Positions 8,710-17,605 are shown, counted from the first letter of the stretch. The stretch: DNA of 64,000 nt from Anaerolineales bacterium (GCA_034433385.1 DAOUAN010000154.1:3806-67805), one strand, 5' to 3'. A program made the numbers and translations. The notes: generated by a model from the letters alone, not told the origin.

Positions 8710-9710
8710 TCGAGCAAGACCTTCAGGTAAGCCTCTACCATGCGGTCCAGGCTGAACATTGCTTCGGCGCGGGTGCGCGCCCCACGACGGAAACGCTCTT
8801 GATCTTCGATGACTTCAACTGCCGCTTCGGCCAGGGAGGCGGTATCGGGCAAATCCAGTTTCCACGGGTCACCACCATAGGGGACGAGGCGCCCCGCATC
8901 GCCAGCGACCAGTTCACCCAGCGAGCCGTGATCGAAGCCCACAACGGGAAGCCCGCACGCCAGGGCCTCGATCACTGAATTGGGACAGGGCGGGTTGATT
9001 TCTGCAGAGAAGAGCAGGTGCGCCGAGCGCATCAAAGCCGGGACCTGAGAGCGGGGCAATGTGCCGCGGAAACGCACCGGCAGATGAGTTTGTCGCTGCA
9101 AAGCGGCCCGGCTACGCTCATCCACCTGACCAGCGATGTGCAATTCCAGCGGGTAGCGGCGGGAGAGGGCCTCGGCCAGGCGGAACGCGGCCAGCAAGCC
9201 GGTATTCAGCCCGCCGGACAGGCTGCCTTCCACCACCAGCAGGCGGATGTGATCGCTGGGACGTTGCTCAGGCCCTTGCGGCGAATATTGCGCTAAATCC
9301 ACCCCGTTGAGGATCACCCAGGCGGGAACAGGGGCAGGGCCATACCAGTCTTCCCACCAGCGACGGATGAACTGGCTCTGGTAGATCACTCGCTGGGCCA
9401 GGCGAGAGCGGATGAGCGCCAGCAAGGCATTGCCATATTCGGCGCGCAGAGAATAGCGCGCTCCGGCCCAGCGCACCCGCTGCACCCAATTGATGCCGTC
9501 CAGGCGTTGGACGATGCGCCGTCCCTGGCGAGCCGCCTTCCATAACGGGAGCAGGTTGCGGGTCCCGGCAATGACCAGAAGCGCATCGGCGGGGGCGGCC
9601 GGGTCGTAGGTCACTTCGATACGGCGGGAACGCAATCCGGCTTCGAACTTCAGTCGGAAAGAAGCCATCCCGCCGCTTTCCACGCGCGGCAAAAGGCAAA
9701 TACGGGTCAT
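8706..9710 (-). CDS. Glycosyltransferase family 4 (GT-B)
   Basis: HLLFSAEINPPCPNSVIEALACGLPVVGFDHGSLGELV (EX7E-like region). The start is set at MTRICLLPRV (ATG 9710). Its stop overlaps the next gene start (8706-8709). Confidence 0.8.
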   Translation of the reverse strand: MTRICLLPRVESGGMASFRLKFEAGLRSRRIEVTYDPAAPADALLVIAGTRNLLPLWKAARQGRRIVQRLDGINWVQRVRWAGARYSLRAEYGNALLALIRSRLAQRVIYQSQFIRRWWEDWYGPAPVPAWVILNGVDLAQYSPQGPEQRPSDHIRLLVVEGSLSGGLNTGLLAAFRLAEALSRRYPLELHIAGQVDERSRAALQRQTHLPVRFRGTLPRSQVPALMRSAHLLFSAEINPPCPNSVIEALACGLPVVGFDHGSLGELVAGDAGRLVPYGGDPWKLDLPDTASLAEAAVEVIEDQERFRRGARTRAEAMFSLDRMVEAYLKVLLE

Positions 9711-9825
9711 GCGGCAATTATAGTCGCAGGCAGAGGAGCAGGCCATCGTATCCCCAGAAGGGAGCATTTTCTGGGCGCAGATTTATGGTATCCTTGAAAA
9801 AAATTTTGTGTGGAGAGGCCCGTCC

Positions 9826-10467
9826 ATGTATATTGCCATCGAAGGGGTGATCGGTGTCGGCAAGACCACCCTGGCCCGCTTGCTTCAACCTGCTTTTGAT
9901 GCCGACCTGTTGCTGGAGATTTTCGAAGAGAATCCCTTTCTTTCGGATTTTTATACCGATCGCGAACGCTACGCTTTTCAAACGCAGATTTTCTTCTTGC
10001 TCAGTCGTTATCACCAGCAGCGACGGGCTGTGCCTGAGTCTCTGCAAAAGGGGCGTTCTTTGATTGCCGATTACACTTTTGCCAAAGATGCCCTGTTCGC
10101 TCGCATCAACCTGAAGGGCGATGAACTGGAAATGTATTACAAAGTGCATGAGGCTCTGGCCGAGAAAATCGAGAAACCCGATTTGATTGTCTATCTGCGA
10201 GCCAGTACAGAGGTGTTGATGCAGCGGATCGCCCTGCGCGACCGTCCTTACGAGCGCCAGATGGAACGCGAGTATATTGATGCGCTCAATGTGGCCTATG
10301 AGGAGTTCTTCTCCAAACCGTTTGATCACACCCCGATTTTGCCCATCGACACGAACAACCTGAACATTGTCCAGAATCCCGATCACCTGAAATGGATCGA
10401 AAACCGCATCCGCGAGACATTGGGCCTGCATCCGTTTCAACCGGCGTTACCCCTGGCCCAGGCATAG
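9826..10467 (+). CDS. Deoxynucleoside kinase (dAK/dCK/dGK family), paralog 1
   Basis: MYIAIEGVIGVGKTTL P-loop, then FEENPFLSDFYTDRERYAFQTQIFFLLSRY. GGAGAGG lies 7 nt upstream of ATG 9826. Confidence 0.85.
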   Translation: MYIAIEGVIGVGKTTLARLLQPAFDADLLLEIFEENPFLSDFYTDRERYAFQTQIFFLLSRYHQQRRAVPESLQKGRSLIADYTFAKDALFARINLKGDELEMYYKVHEALAEKIEKPDLIVYLRASTEVLMQRIALRDRPYERQMEREYIDALNVAYEEFFSKPFDHTPILPIDTNNLNIVQNPDHLKWIENRIRETLGLHPFQPALPLAQA

Positions 10468-10476
10468 GAGGCCTTT

Positions 10477-11496
10477 ATGCGCGTCACCCGAGAGACTTTG
10501 ATTCGTATCGCCAAGGAAACGGCTCAAGAGCGGGCCTACAACGACAAAGACATCATTGCGGCGTATTTGACCGGCTCGCTCTTGGGCGATGAAGCCATTC
10601 TGGGCGGCACGGCGGACATTGACTTGATTCTGGTACATGCCAACAAGCCTCAACAAAGCCGGGAGATCGTCAAACTGACCCCCGATTTTCACCTGGACAT
10701 CGGGCATCGCTCCAAAAGCGAATTTAAATCGCCACGGGAACTGCGCACCGATCCGTGGCTGGGATACGAGGTCTATGATCCGCTGCTTTTGTATGAGCGA
10801 GAAAAGTTTCTCGAATTTGTCCAGGCAGGCGTTCGCGGCGGATTCGAATTCAATCAGCCGGCTTCGGTACTGCAGCGCTGTCGTAAATTACATGCTCATG
10901 GGCGGCAGATCTGGTTTGCTCTTAGCGACGCCCATGCGGATGAACCGAAAACACTCCATCAATTTTTGAAGGCGGTGTATCACGCAGTCAATGCCGTGGC
11001 AGAACTGATCGGCCCGCCTCTGCCAGAACGGCGTTTGCTGGTGCATTTTGCGGCGCGGGCCGAAGCCGCCGGCCGGCCCGGTCTTTACACAGACTTGATG
11101 AAATTGTTGGGTGTGGAAAACCTGGGGAAAATTGATTTGGATCAGGTGCTGGCAAATTGGCAAAGCGATTTCCAGGCGGCGGCCGAAAGCGGCAGAGCCG
11201 ATGTCCGCATTCACCCCGCGCGGTTGAAATATTATGAGAAAGGAATCCGCTCCCTGCTGGATGGGGAAGTTCCCGCCGCGGCCATCTGGCCTCTTTTGCA
11301 AACCTGGACTCTGGCGGCCATGGTCTTGCCACAAGAGCAAAGAGATGCCTGGCGCAGTGTCTGTACTTCACTGGAGTTGAGCGGGGGCGCGTTGGGTCAA
11401 CGCGTGGAAGAGTTGGATCAATTCCTGGACGTTGTGGAAATCTTGCTGGACGAGATAGCCGAGGCCAATGGGGTGGAAAACACTGCCCTCATCTAA
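10477..11496 (+). CDS. Hypothetical protein with an N-terminal pol-beta-type nucleotidyltransferase-like motif
   Basis: GSLLGDEAILGGTADIDLILV resembles the GS-x(n)-DxD minimal nucleotidyltransferase signature. The rest is unassigned. Confidence 0.45.
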   Translation: MRVTRETLIRIAKETAQERAYNDKDIIAAYLTGSLLGDEAILGGTADIDLILVHANKPQQSREIVKLTPDFHLDIGHRSKSEFKSPRELRTDPWLGYEVYDPLLLYEREKFLEFVQAGVRGGFEFNQPASVLQRCRKLHAHGRQIWFALSDAHADEPKTLHQFLKAVYHAVNAVAELIGPPLPERRLLVHFAARAEAAGRPGLYTDLMKLLGVENLGKIDLDQVLANWQSDFQAAAESGRADVRIHPARLKYYEKGIRSLLDGEVPAAAIWPLLQTWTLAAMVLPQEQRDAWRSVCTSLELSGGALGQRVEELDQFLDVVEILLDEIAEANGVENTALI

Positions 11497-11580
11497 CCCA
11501 AAATCTGCCGGCGATTTGAATTCATGCCCGTAAATGTGGTTTAGCAGCAAAGCCATCCTGTGGCTCAATTCCACGAAAAT

Positions 11581-11867
11581 TGTGGATAACCCGCGAAAAA
11601 CTGTGGATAAATCCTGTTCTCTGTGGAAAAGTGACCAATTGTTCGAAAAAACAGATTTTGAACGCCCCCCATATATGGGGGCGTCTTTTTGTTTTGGCCA
11701 AAATATAGAAAGGCGGGGAAAGAGCCATTTCTATCCACTTTTTGCTGTACAGAAGTTATCCACAGATAGATTTCAAAACAAAGCGGCAAATTCCCCTATC
11801 TTTGGGGATACATCGTGCTATTTCCCCCATCTATAGGGCAAACGATCTTTTCTCCCCATTTTCCACA
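11581..11867. promoter_or_regulatory. DnaA-box cluster (candidate oriC or DnaA-titration locus)
   Basis: Perfect TTATCCACA boxes are at 11581-11589 (rc), 11602-11610 (rc) and 11756-11764 (fwd). One-mismatch TTTTCCACA boxes are at 11622-11630 (rc) and 11859-11867 (fwd). A weaker box, CTATCCACT, is at 11731-11739. The left array has 20-21 bp spacing. By eye this stretch looks more AT-rich than the coding sequence around it. Confidence 0.65.
11662..11695 (+). terminator. Rho-independent terminator between the two DnaA-box arrays
   Basis: ACGCCCCC (11662-11669) pairs with GGGGGCGT (11677-11684) around a 7-nt loop. CTTTTTGTTTTGG follows. Confidence 0.7.
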
Positions 11868-11890
11868 AGGCCTACTAAGATTACTAAAAC

Positions 11891-11919
11891 TTGAAACTAA
11901 TTCAAATATCCTGTACAAT
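11891..11919 (+). promoter_or_regulatory. Sigma-70-like promoter for spoVS
   Basis: TTGAAA (11891-11896), a 17-nt spacer, then TACAAT (11914-11919), about 40 nt upstream of the spoVS start. Confidence 0.55.
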
Positions 11920-11958
11920 GAATGTATAGCCCCTTTATCAACCTTTGGGAGGCACACC

Positions 11959-12219
11959 ATGGAGATGATCAAAGTATCTGCAAACTCCCGTACATCCGCT
12001 GTCGCCGGGGCGATCGCGGGTGTCATCCGCGAGCACAAACGGGCAGAAGTGCAGGCCATTGGCGCTGGTGCAGTAAACCAGGCCATCAAAGCGCTGGTCC
12101 TGGCGACCGGCTATTTGAAGAACGATGGGATTAACATTGTCTGCATCCCGGAGTTCGTAGATGTGGAGATCGAGGACAAAGTCCGCACTGCCATTAAACT
12201 GGTAGTCGAGCCTCGCTAA
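11959..12219 (+). CDS. spoVS: SpoVS (stage V sporulation protein S) family protein, 86 aa
   Basis: MEMIKVSANSRTSAVAGAIAGVIREHKRAEVQAIGAGAVNQAIKA... is the typical SpoVS sequence. GGGAGG lies 6 nt upstream of ATG 11959. The ORF-track N-terminal extension was rejected. Confidence 0.85.
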   Translation: MEMIKVSANSRTSAVAGAIAGVIREHKRAEVQAIGAGAVNQAIKALVLATGYLKNDGINIVCIPEFVDVEIEDKVRTAIKLVVEPR

Positions 12220-12305
12220 GTGACAGGCTGATCTTCCTTGAAAAATGCCATCTCTTCGCTCCTCAACAGGACAAAGAGATGCGCCAGAAGGAAAACTCTA
12301 ACCGC

Positions 12306-12329
12306 TAGGGCAGGATTCGTCCTGCCCTA
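12306..12329 (+). other. Perfect 10-bp hairpin with a TTCG loop just upstream of the LTD gene
   Basis: TAGGGCAGGA-TTCG-TCCTGCCCTA. No U-tract follows, so it may be a weak terminator for spoVS or a leader structure. Confidence 0.4.
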
Positions 12330-12339
12330 CGGGTAAATC

Positions 12340-14337
12340 ATGCTGCTTACCGGATCGTCCATGCGGCCTCAGAAACATTTCTTTCGCTACTTACTGATTT
12401 TCATCTTCGTCTTGAGTGCCTTGGGTGGTGCATTGCCTCCCTGGCCAGAGGTAGCGCGGGCTGCTGCACCAGCACAAGCTGCATCTCATGTGGTCATCAG
12501 TGAGTTTCGTTTCCGCGGGCCACAAGGGGGCAACGATGAATTCATTGAATTGTATAATCCGACAGGAGATACTGTAGATATTAGTAATTGGAGTATCTGG
12601 AAATCCAATGGAAGCGGTGTTCAAAGCCAAATCAAAAAAATTCCTTCTGGAACTTTATTGCACTCTGGGCAGCACTATTTAATTGCAAATACAAATTCTA
12701 ATGGCTACAGCGGAAGCGTTCCGCCAGATCTTACTTACACCTCTGGAATTACTGATGATGGCGGCATTGCTCTCCTGGACAATCAGGGGCATTCTGTGGA
12801 TGAGGTGGGAATGACGATATGCCCTGTTACTCCAATTCCTACTCCTACTCCTACTTCGACCCCTCGCTGTTACTATGAAACAAATCCATTAACAGCATTA
12901 ACCACAAACAGCGACCAGGGCTATGAACGCAAGTTGGGTGGAAGCAGTGATAGCTGCCAGGACAGCGATGATAATGCGAATGATTTTTTGCTGGTTTCCC
13001 CCAGCGACCCGCAAAATTCCTCTTCTCCCTTGCGGTTATGTGGCGTCATCTTGCCTACTTTGACCCCTACGGATACGCCAACACCTACCAATATTCCCAC
13101 GGATACCCCCACGCCTCCTCCCACGCCGGCCTGTGCAGATCGCCCCAATGCTACCCCGCTTTCGATCTTGATCAACGAAGTCGCCTGGGCCGGTACCGCG
13201 GCAAACAGCGCCGATGAGTGGATTGAACTGTATAACCCTGGTTCCACCTGTATCAAACTAGATGGCTGGATATTAAAGGCGGATGATAATACCCCGACTA
13301 TCAATCTTAGCGGCGTGATTCAGGCCAATGGGTATTATTTGTTGGAACGCAGCGATGACAACACGGTGAAAGATATTCCGGCAGATAAAATTTACAGCGG
13401 GGAACTTTCGAATAGTGGCGAAAAATTACTTTTGTATAATCCCAATGGTGGGGTGGTGGATACAGCCAACAATGATGGCGGTGGTTGGCCAGCCGGAAGC
13501 AGCCTGATCTATGGCAGCATGGAACGCCGCGGCATCATGTTGGATGTCCCCTCAGCCTGGTTGACCAATACCGGTGCGGTTCGCGACGGTCATGGCCTGG
13601 ATGCGGATGGGCATGAAATCAACGGCACCCCCAAAGCACGAAACTGGGCAGTCACCGTGACCAATACCCCTATCCGCCGCCCCACGGCGACACCTACCCG
13701 TCCGCCTACGCCAGTAGCGCATATCGTAATTAACGAATTCCTGCCACGCCCCGGCTTTGACTGGAATCGCGATGGCCAGGTAAATGTTTACGATGAATTC
13801 ATCGAAATCGCCAACTATGGTCCGGTCGCTGGCTCAGTTTCGGGATGGAAACTGGATGACGAAGCCAATCTTGGTTCGGCGCCTTTTGCTTTACCAAACG
13901 TCACATTGAACCCTGGAGATCACCTGATCGTATATGCCTCCCAAAGCAACATCTTGCTCAGCGACGGAGGCGACACTGTTCGTCTGATTAATTCTCGTGG
14001 TATCGTGGTAGATGCGCGCACCTATTCCATCGCCGCGGTTGCCGATCAATCCTGGTGCCGTTTGCCCGATATGCGAGGATCCTGGTTCAGCGATTGTACC
14101 CCTACCCCAAATTTGCCCAATGAACGAAAAGGAGCCATTCCGGCTACGCCTCCCGGTACAGGATTGGAATCGCCGCTTTGCCTGTTCCCCGATACACTAC
14201 CGGATGACTTTCGACGGGCAGAATGTGCTGGCTATGGCTCAAATATCTGGCAGCCTGCTTACTGGGACGCGCCCGGCTGGCAAGGGTTGCAATGGGTGCC
14301 AGACCTGTTCAGCAAGTGGCTTTCGTTTGTGGAGTAA
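12340..14337 (+). CDS. Secreted protein with three lamin-tail-domain (LTD) repeats and Thr/Pro linkers
   Basis: N-terminal hydrophobic signal. Three LTD-like cores: HVVISEFRFRG..NDEFIELYNPTGDTVDISNWSI, ILINEVAWAGT..ADEWIELYNPGSTCIKLDGWIL and HIVINEFLPRP..YDEFIEIANYGPVAGSVSGWKL. TPTPT-type linkers. The start may be ATG 12361. Confidence 0.75.
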   Translation: MLLTGSSMRPQKHFFRYLLIFIFVLSALGGALPPWPEVARAAAPAQAASHVVISEFRFRGPQGGNDEFIELYNPTGDTVDISNWSIWKSNGSGVQSQIKKIPSGTLLHSGQHYLIANTNSNGYSGSVPPDLTYTSGITDDGGIALLDNQGHSVDEVGMTICPVTPIPTPTPTSTPRCYYETNPLTALTTNSDQGYERKLGGSSDSCQDSDDNANDFLLVSPSDPQNSSSPLRLCGVILPTLTPTDTPTPTNIPTDTPTPPPTPACADRPNATPLSILINEVAWAGTAANSADEWIELYNPGSTCIKLDGWILKADDNTPTINLSGVIQANGYYLLERSDDNTVKDIPADKIYSGELSNSGEKLLLYNPNGGVVDTANNDGGGWPAGSSLIYGSMERRGIMLDVPSAWLTNTGAVRDGHGLDADGHEINGTPKARNWAVTVTNTPIRRPTATPTRPPTPVAHIVINEFLPRPGFDWNRDGQVNVYDEFIEIANYGPVAGSVSGWKLDDEANLGSAPFALPNVTLNPGDHLIVYASQSNILLSDGGDTVRLINSRGIVVDARTYSIAAVADQSWCRLPDMRGSWFSDCTPTPNLPNERKGAIPATPPGTGLESPLCLFPDTLPDDFRRAECAGYGSNIWQPAYWDAPGWQGLQWVPDLFSKWLSFVE

Positions 14338-14341
14338 ATTT

Positions 14342-15311
14342 TCAGTTGTAATACTGCACTTTGGGGGGTGAAATCTTGTGCTGTGAGGCCGCCAGGAGTT
14401 CATCTACCGTGCTGATATGGTTTTTTACCGTGGTCGGATGGTAATGGATGTGCACGCGGCTCAAATTTGGAATGGAACGACACAGCAGATTTTCTACCTG
14501 AGAGGCGATTGCATCTCCCTCCCACACCGATAATGAGCCATCAATGCCAATCGTCAGGTTGATCACAATGTGAGGGCCAAAGCGATGCGCCTGCAATTCT
14601 TCCACTTGCTGAACCCCCGCTGTCGCCTGCAACAAATCCGAGATCTGTTGTGCCAGATCCCGGCTGGGGACGGCATCCATCAGCTCGACCGAGGATTCCC
14701 GCAAAATAGCGATTCCGGTTCGCAGAATCAGGATGGCGACCAGCGCCCCAGCCAGCGGATCTACCCAGGGGAGGCCGCGCTGACCGAGGAAAATCCCCAG
14801 CGAGGCGGCTGAGGCCGAAAGGACATCGTTGCGATGATCCTGAGCCAGTGCGTCTACAACCGGGTTGTGGGTTTGCTTCCCTAGCCGACGGACATAATAG
14901 GTCAAAAAAAGTTTGATGAGCACCGTCAGGAGAGCGATCCATAGGGCAATGTCGGCTGCTCCCTGCGATTCGATTTTCCCATCCAACAAATCCCAAACTT
15001 TGTCCACTGCATCCCAAAAAAACGGCGACGGCAGTCGTGACGATAAACGATCCTACCACCAGCGAGGCGATGCTTTCTAGTTGGCGATGGCCGTAGGGAT
15101 GTTCAACATCGGGCGGTTTATTTGCCAGACGGACAAAAATGGCCGCTACAACATAGTAAGCCACATCTGAGGTGGAATTAATCCCCTCGGCCAGCAGGGC
15201 CGGGCTATGACCAATGACGCCCGCGGTTGTCTTGATGAAGGAAAGGATGATGTTGATTACCAGACCAAGGTGAACCGCCAACAGGCTTTTCTGATCTCGC
15301 TCGTGGGTCAT
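14342..15311 (-). pseudogene. Cation diffusion facilitator (CDF) transporter, frameshifted at a homopolymer
   Basis: ORFs 14541-15368 (N-terminal TM region, GINSTSDVAYY...HPYGHRQLE) and 14342-15007 (C-terminal half) are two pieces of one CDF gene. Removing one base from the A7 run at 15016-15022 gives a continuous ...AVAVFWDAVDKVWDLL... Confidence 0.75.
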
Positions 15312-15430
15312 GGATAAGACTCCTGAACTCGATTTTATAATAGCCCGTTGGCGGTCGTAAATGGACAAATATCCTGTTTTATCTGTGCAGTCAAATCAAA
15401 AATATGACGGGATTTGTCAGGCCGGTTGTG

Positions 15431-17368
15431 TCAATCCATGCCGTCTTCTGCTCGCAAAATATGCCCAAATAGGGGTGAGGGTTCTCCAACAGAGCTGAGC
15501 GCCTTGCTTTTTTGAGACCCAGGAATCTCATATTGCTGGCGGGCAAGGTATATGAATAGGAATTCAAATAGATTTTCGCGATAAGCACTATCCTCAGCAA
15601 TAAAAGAGACACCTAATTGCAATGAGTCGGATGACATCTTGTTTTTGCGGTGAATGTTTTTGAGAGGCAGAACAATGCATTTCCCCGTCGGCGTATCGAA
15701 GTGCAGGGCCAGTTTTCCATGTGCCTCAGGGAAAGAGTGCTTGACTTTTAAGCCAGCGCCGCTAATGGAGATATCGGTGATTTCAACCTTTGTCAGCAGT
15801 TTTGAATGCTCGAGGTCGTATAAATCGCCCTGGATATAAGCAGGGAAGCGATATTGTTTGCGCTCGTGGGGTTTTTTCAAAATTTCTCGTACCGCGGTCA
15901 GGATAATATAAGCATTGTAGGATGCCCAGAAGAGTGCAATAGAAGCGTTGGTTGGGCTATTTTGTGCCAATGCCCCATGGTGGGTGATCATCTCAGAAAG
16001 CCCATAGATGATTGCCCCGATGAGCACCCCTAAAATGACCATGTAGGAGCGTAAGGCTTTTCTCTCTTTGGCATAGACCGAATCATCCACAGATTTAGGG
16101 GTCACTTTGAATTTGAGCGGCCGGCTGAAGATCAGGGTCAGGGTGGATTGAATGAAGACGATCATCTTGAGAATGTTATATTTTTCCGTCTGGAAATAAC
16201 GGAAATAGCCGCGCCCGCCAACCTGATTGGCCAGAATGTTCAGTAAGAAGTATGGCGTCCAGTGAAGGATAAAAGGCAAAGCCTCTATCTGCATAGGGAA
16301 GATGCCACCAAGCAAAATCAAAAGCGGGGTCAGAATGAGGATCAGTTTCTGGAAAGACTCAAAATAGGCCAGAAAACTGGCAAGATAAGAGAGCCGTTGC
16401 CCCAGCGTGAGGCCGGGAATCCACAATGGGCTTTCCTTGCTGCGATAGAGCTGCATTGTTCCCTGCGCCCAGCGAAGCCGTTGAAGCAAGAAGGCCTGAA
16501 TGGTCTGGGGAGCGATACCGTAAGCAAGTTCTTCGTTCAAGAAATAGGTTGACCAGCCGCGGCTGTGCAGGCGCACGGAGGTGTGAATGTCCTCGGTGAT
16601 TGTCTCGGTGGCAACTCCGCCCACCGACTCGATCGCTTTTCGACGCACAATGGATGGGCTACCGCACCAGAAGGCGCTGTTTGAGTGATTTTTCCCTGGC
16701 TGAATCACTCGGAAGAAGAGGGATTGTTCATGCCAATCTCTGCGTTTCTTATCGTGTTGGATCGAATCGTGGTTATAAAATTCTTGCGGCAGCTGAATGA
16801 GAGCCAGATTCTCATCTTCAAAGTAGCCTAAGGTTCGTTCGATGAAATCAGGCTGGGGAACCATGTCCGCATCCAGGATGACGATGAACTCGCCATCGGT
16901 ATGCTGAAGGGCGTAGTTGATATTCCCCGCTTTGGCATGTTCGTTGGTGGGACGAGTAAGATAATAGCAACCGAGGCGTTCTGCCAACTGTTTGACAGAT
17001 TCCCTGCGACCGTCATCCAGAACATAGGTTTTATGTGGGTAGCGAATGTTTTTACAGCCCACCATGGTAGCTTCGAGAATTTCTAAATCTTCATTGTAAG
17101 TGGGGATAAAAACATCCACACGGATGCCGGGCCTGGGTGGTACATAGGAGCGGGTGGGAGAAATATCCTGGGTGAGCCAGGAGAACAAAATGTAACTGAG
17201 CACTCCAAAGGCCTCTGCTCCCCATAACAGCCATGAAAAGAAGGGCACAACGGGGTTCAGCGTGTACTCGGCGCGCCACCACAAGTAATAGAGCAGATAG
17301 ATGATTGATACGATTGAAATCACCTTAATGTAGGTAGATTGATCGAAAAGTTTGTTGATCTTTTTCAT
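15431..17368 (-). CDS. Processive GT2 polysaccharide synthase (cellulose-synthase-like) with a C-terminal PilZ domain
   Basis: GT2 motifs YVLDDGRR, ILDADMVP, TEDIHTSVRLH and QRLRWAQG (QxxRW). TM segments flank the catalytic domain. The PilZ signature is RKQYR (RxxxR) ... DISISG (DxSxxG). Confidence 0.85.
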   Translation of the reverse strand: MKKINKLFDQSTYIKVISIVSIIYLLYYLWWRAEYTLNPVVPFFSWLLWGAEAFGVLSYILFSWLTQDISPTRSYVPPRPGIRVDVFIPTYNEDLEILEATMVGCKNIRYPHKTYVLDDGRRESVKQLAERLGCYYLTRPTNEHAKAGNINYALQHTDGEFIVILDADMVPQPDFIERTLGYFEDENLALIQLPQEFYNHDSIQHDKKRRDWHEQSLFFRVIQPGKNHSNSAFWCGSPSIVRRKAIESVGGVATETITEDIHTSVRLHSRGWSTYFLNEELAYGIAPQTIQAFLLQRLRWAQGTMQLYRSKESPLWIPGLTLGQRLSYLASFLAYFESFQKLILILTPLLILLGGIFPMQIEALPFILHWTPYFLLNILANQVGGRGYFRYFQTEKYNILKMIVFIQSTLTLIFSRPLKFKVTPKSVDDSVYAKERKALRSYMVILGVLIGAIIYGLSEMITHHGALAQNSPTNASIALFWASYNAYIILTAVREILKKPHERKQYRFPAYIQGDLYDLEHSKLLTKVEITDISISGAGLKVKHSFPEAHGKLALHFDTPTGKCIVLPLKNIHRKNKMSSDSLQLGVSFIAEDSAYRENLFEFLFIYLARQQYEIPGSQKSKALSSVGEPSPLFGHILRAEDGMD

Positions 17369-17445
17369 TTTATTTTTTCCAAAAAACTTTTACCAGAGCG
17401 AAAACAATTAACCCGAACAGTTTGGTAGTCTCATGCGGTGCATTC

Positions 17446-17478
17446 AAAAAATACAGGCCTGACGGATCGCCAGGCCTG
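17446..17478 (-). terminator. Intrinsic terminator (expression platform of the c-di-GMP riboswitch)
   Basis: The minus strand reads CAGGCCUG-GCGAUCCGU-CAGGCCUG followed by UAUUUUUUG. It lies between the aptamer and the GT2 start codon. Confidence 0.65.
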
Positions 17479-17504
17479 AAAATGTCGTGCAAAGTGCGCC
17501 TCAA

Positions 17505-17605
17505 GATTTTCGGCAGCCTGGCAGTCATTGATACGATGTATCATTAGACCCATGGCTTTGCGTCCCTATCTTTCGATAGGTTTGCTATTATCGTATTTGC
17601 ATTCT
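17505..17605 (-). ncRNA. c-di-GMP-I (GEMM-I) riboswitch aptamer
   Basis: The minus strand reads GCAAACCUAUCGAAAGAUAGGGACGCAAAGCCAUGGGUCUAAUGAUACAUCGUAUCAAUGACUGCCAGGC. It has GCAAAC, a 6-bp helix capped by a GAAA tetraloop, the invariant GGACGCAAAGCC, and a second helix with a UCUAA bulge. Confidence 0.8.

Noticed and set aside
12241-12300. The hairpin CATCTCTT-N17-AAGAGATG downstream of spoVS as a terminator or ncRNA.
   Set aside because: It has an 8-bp stem with a large loop and no U-tract. The neighbouring perfect 10-bp TTCG hairpin is the better structured candidate, so only that one is listed.
14342-15368. Treating 14541-15368 and 14342-15007 as two separate overlapping genes.
   Set aside because: The out-of-frame tail of the first ORF is low-complexity nonsense, and the two in-frame parts join into one canonical CDF transporter when one base of the homopolymer is removed.
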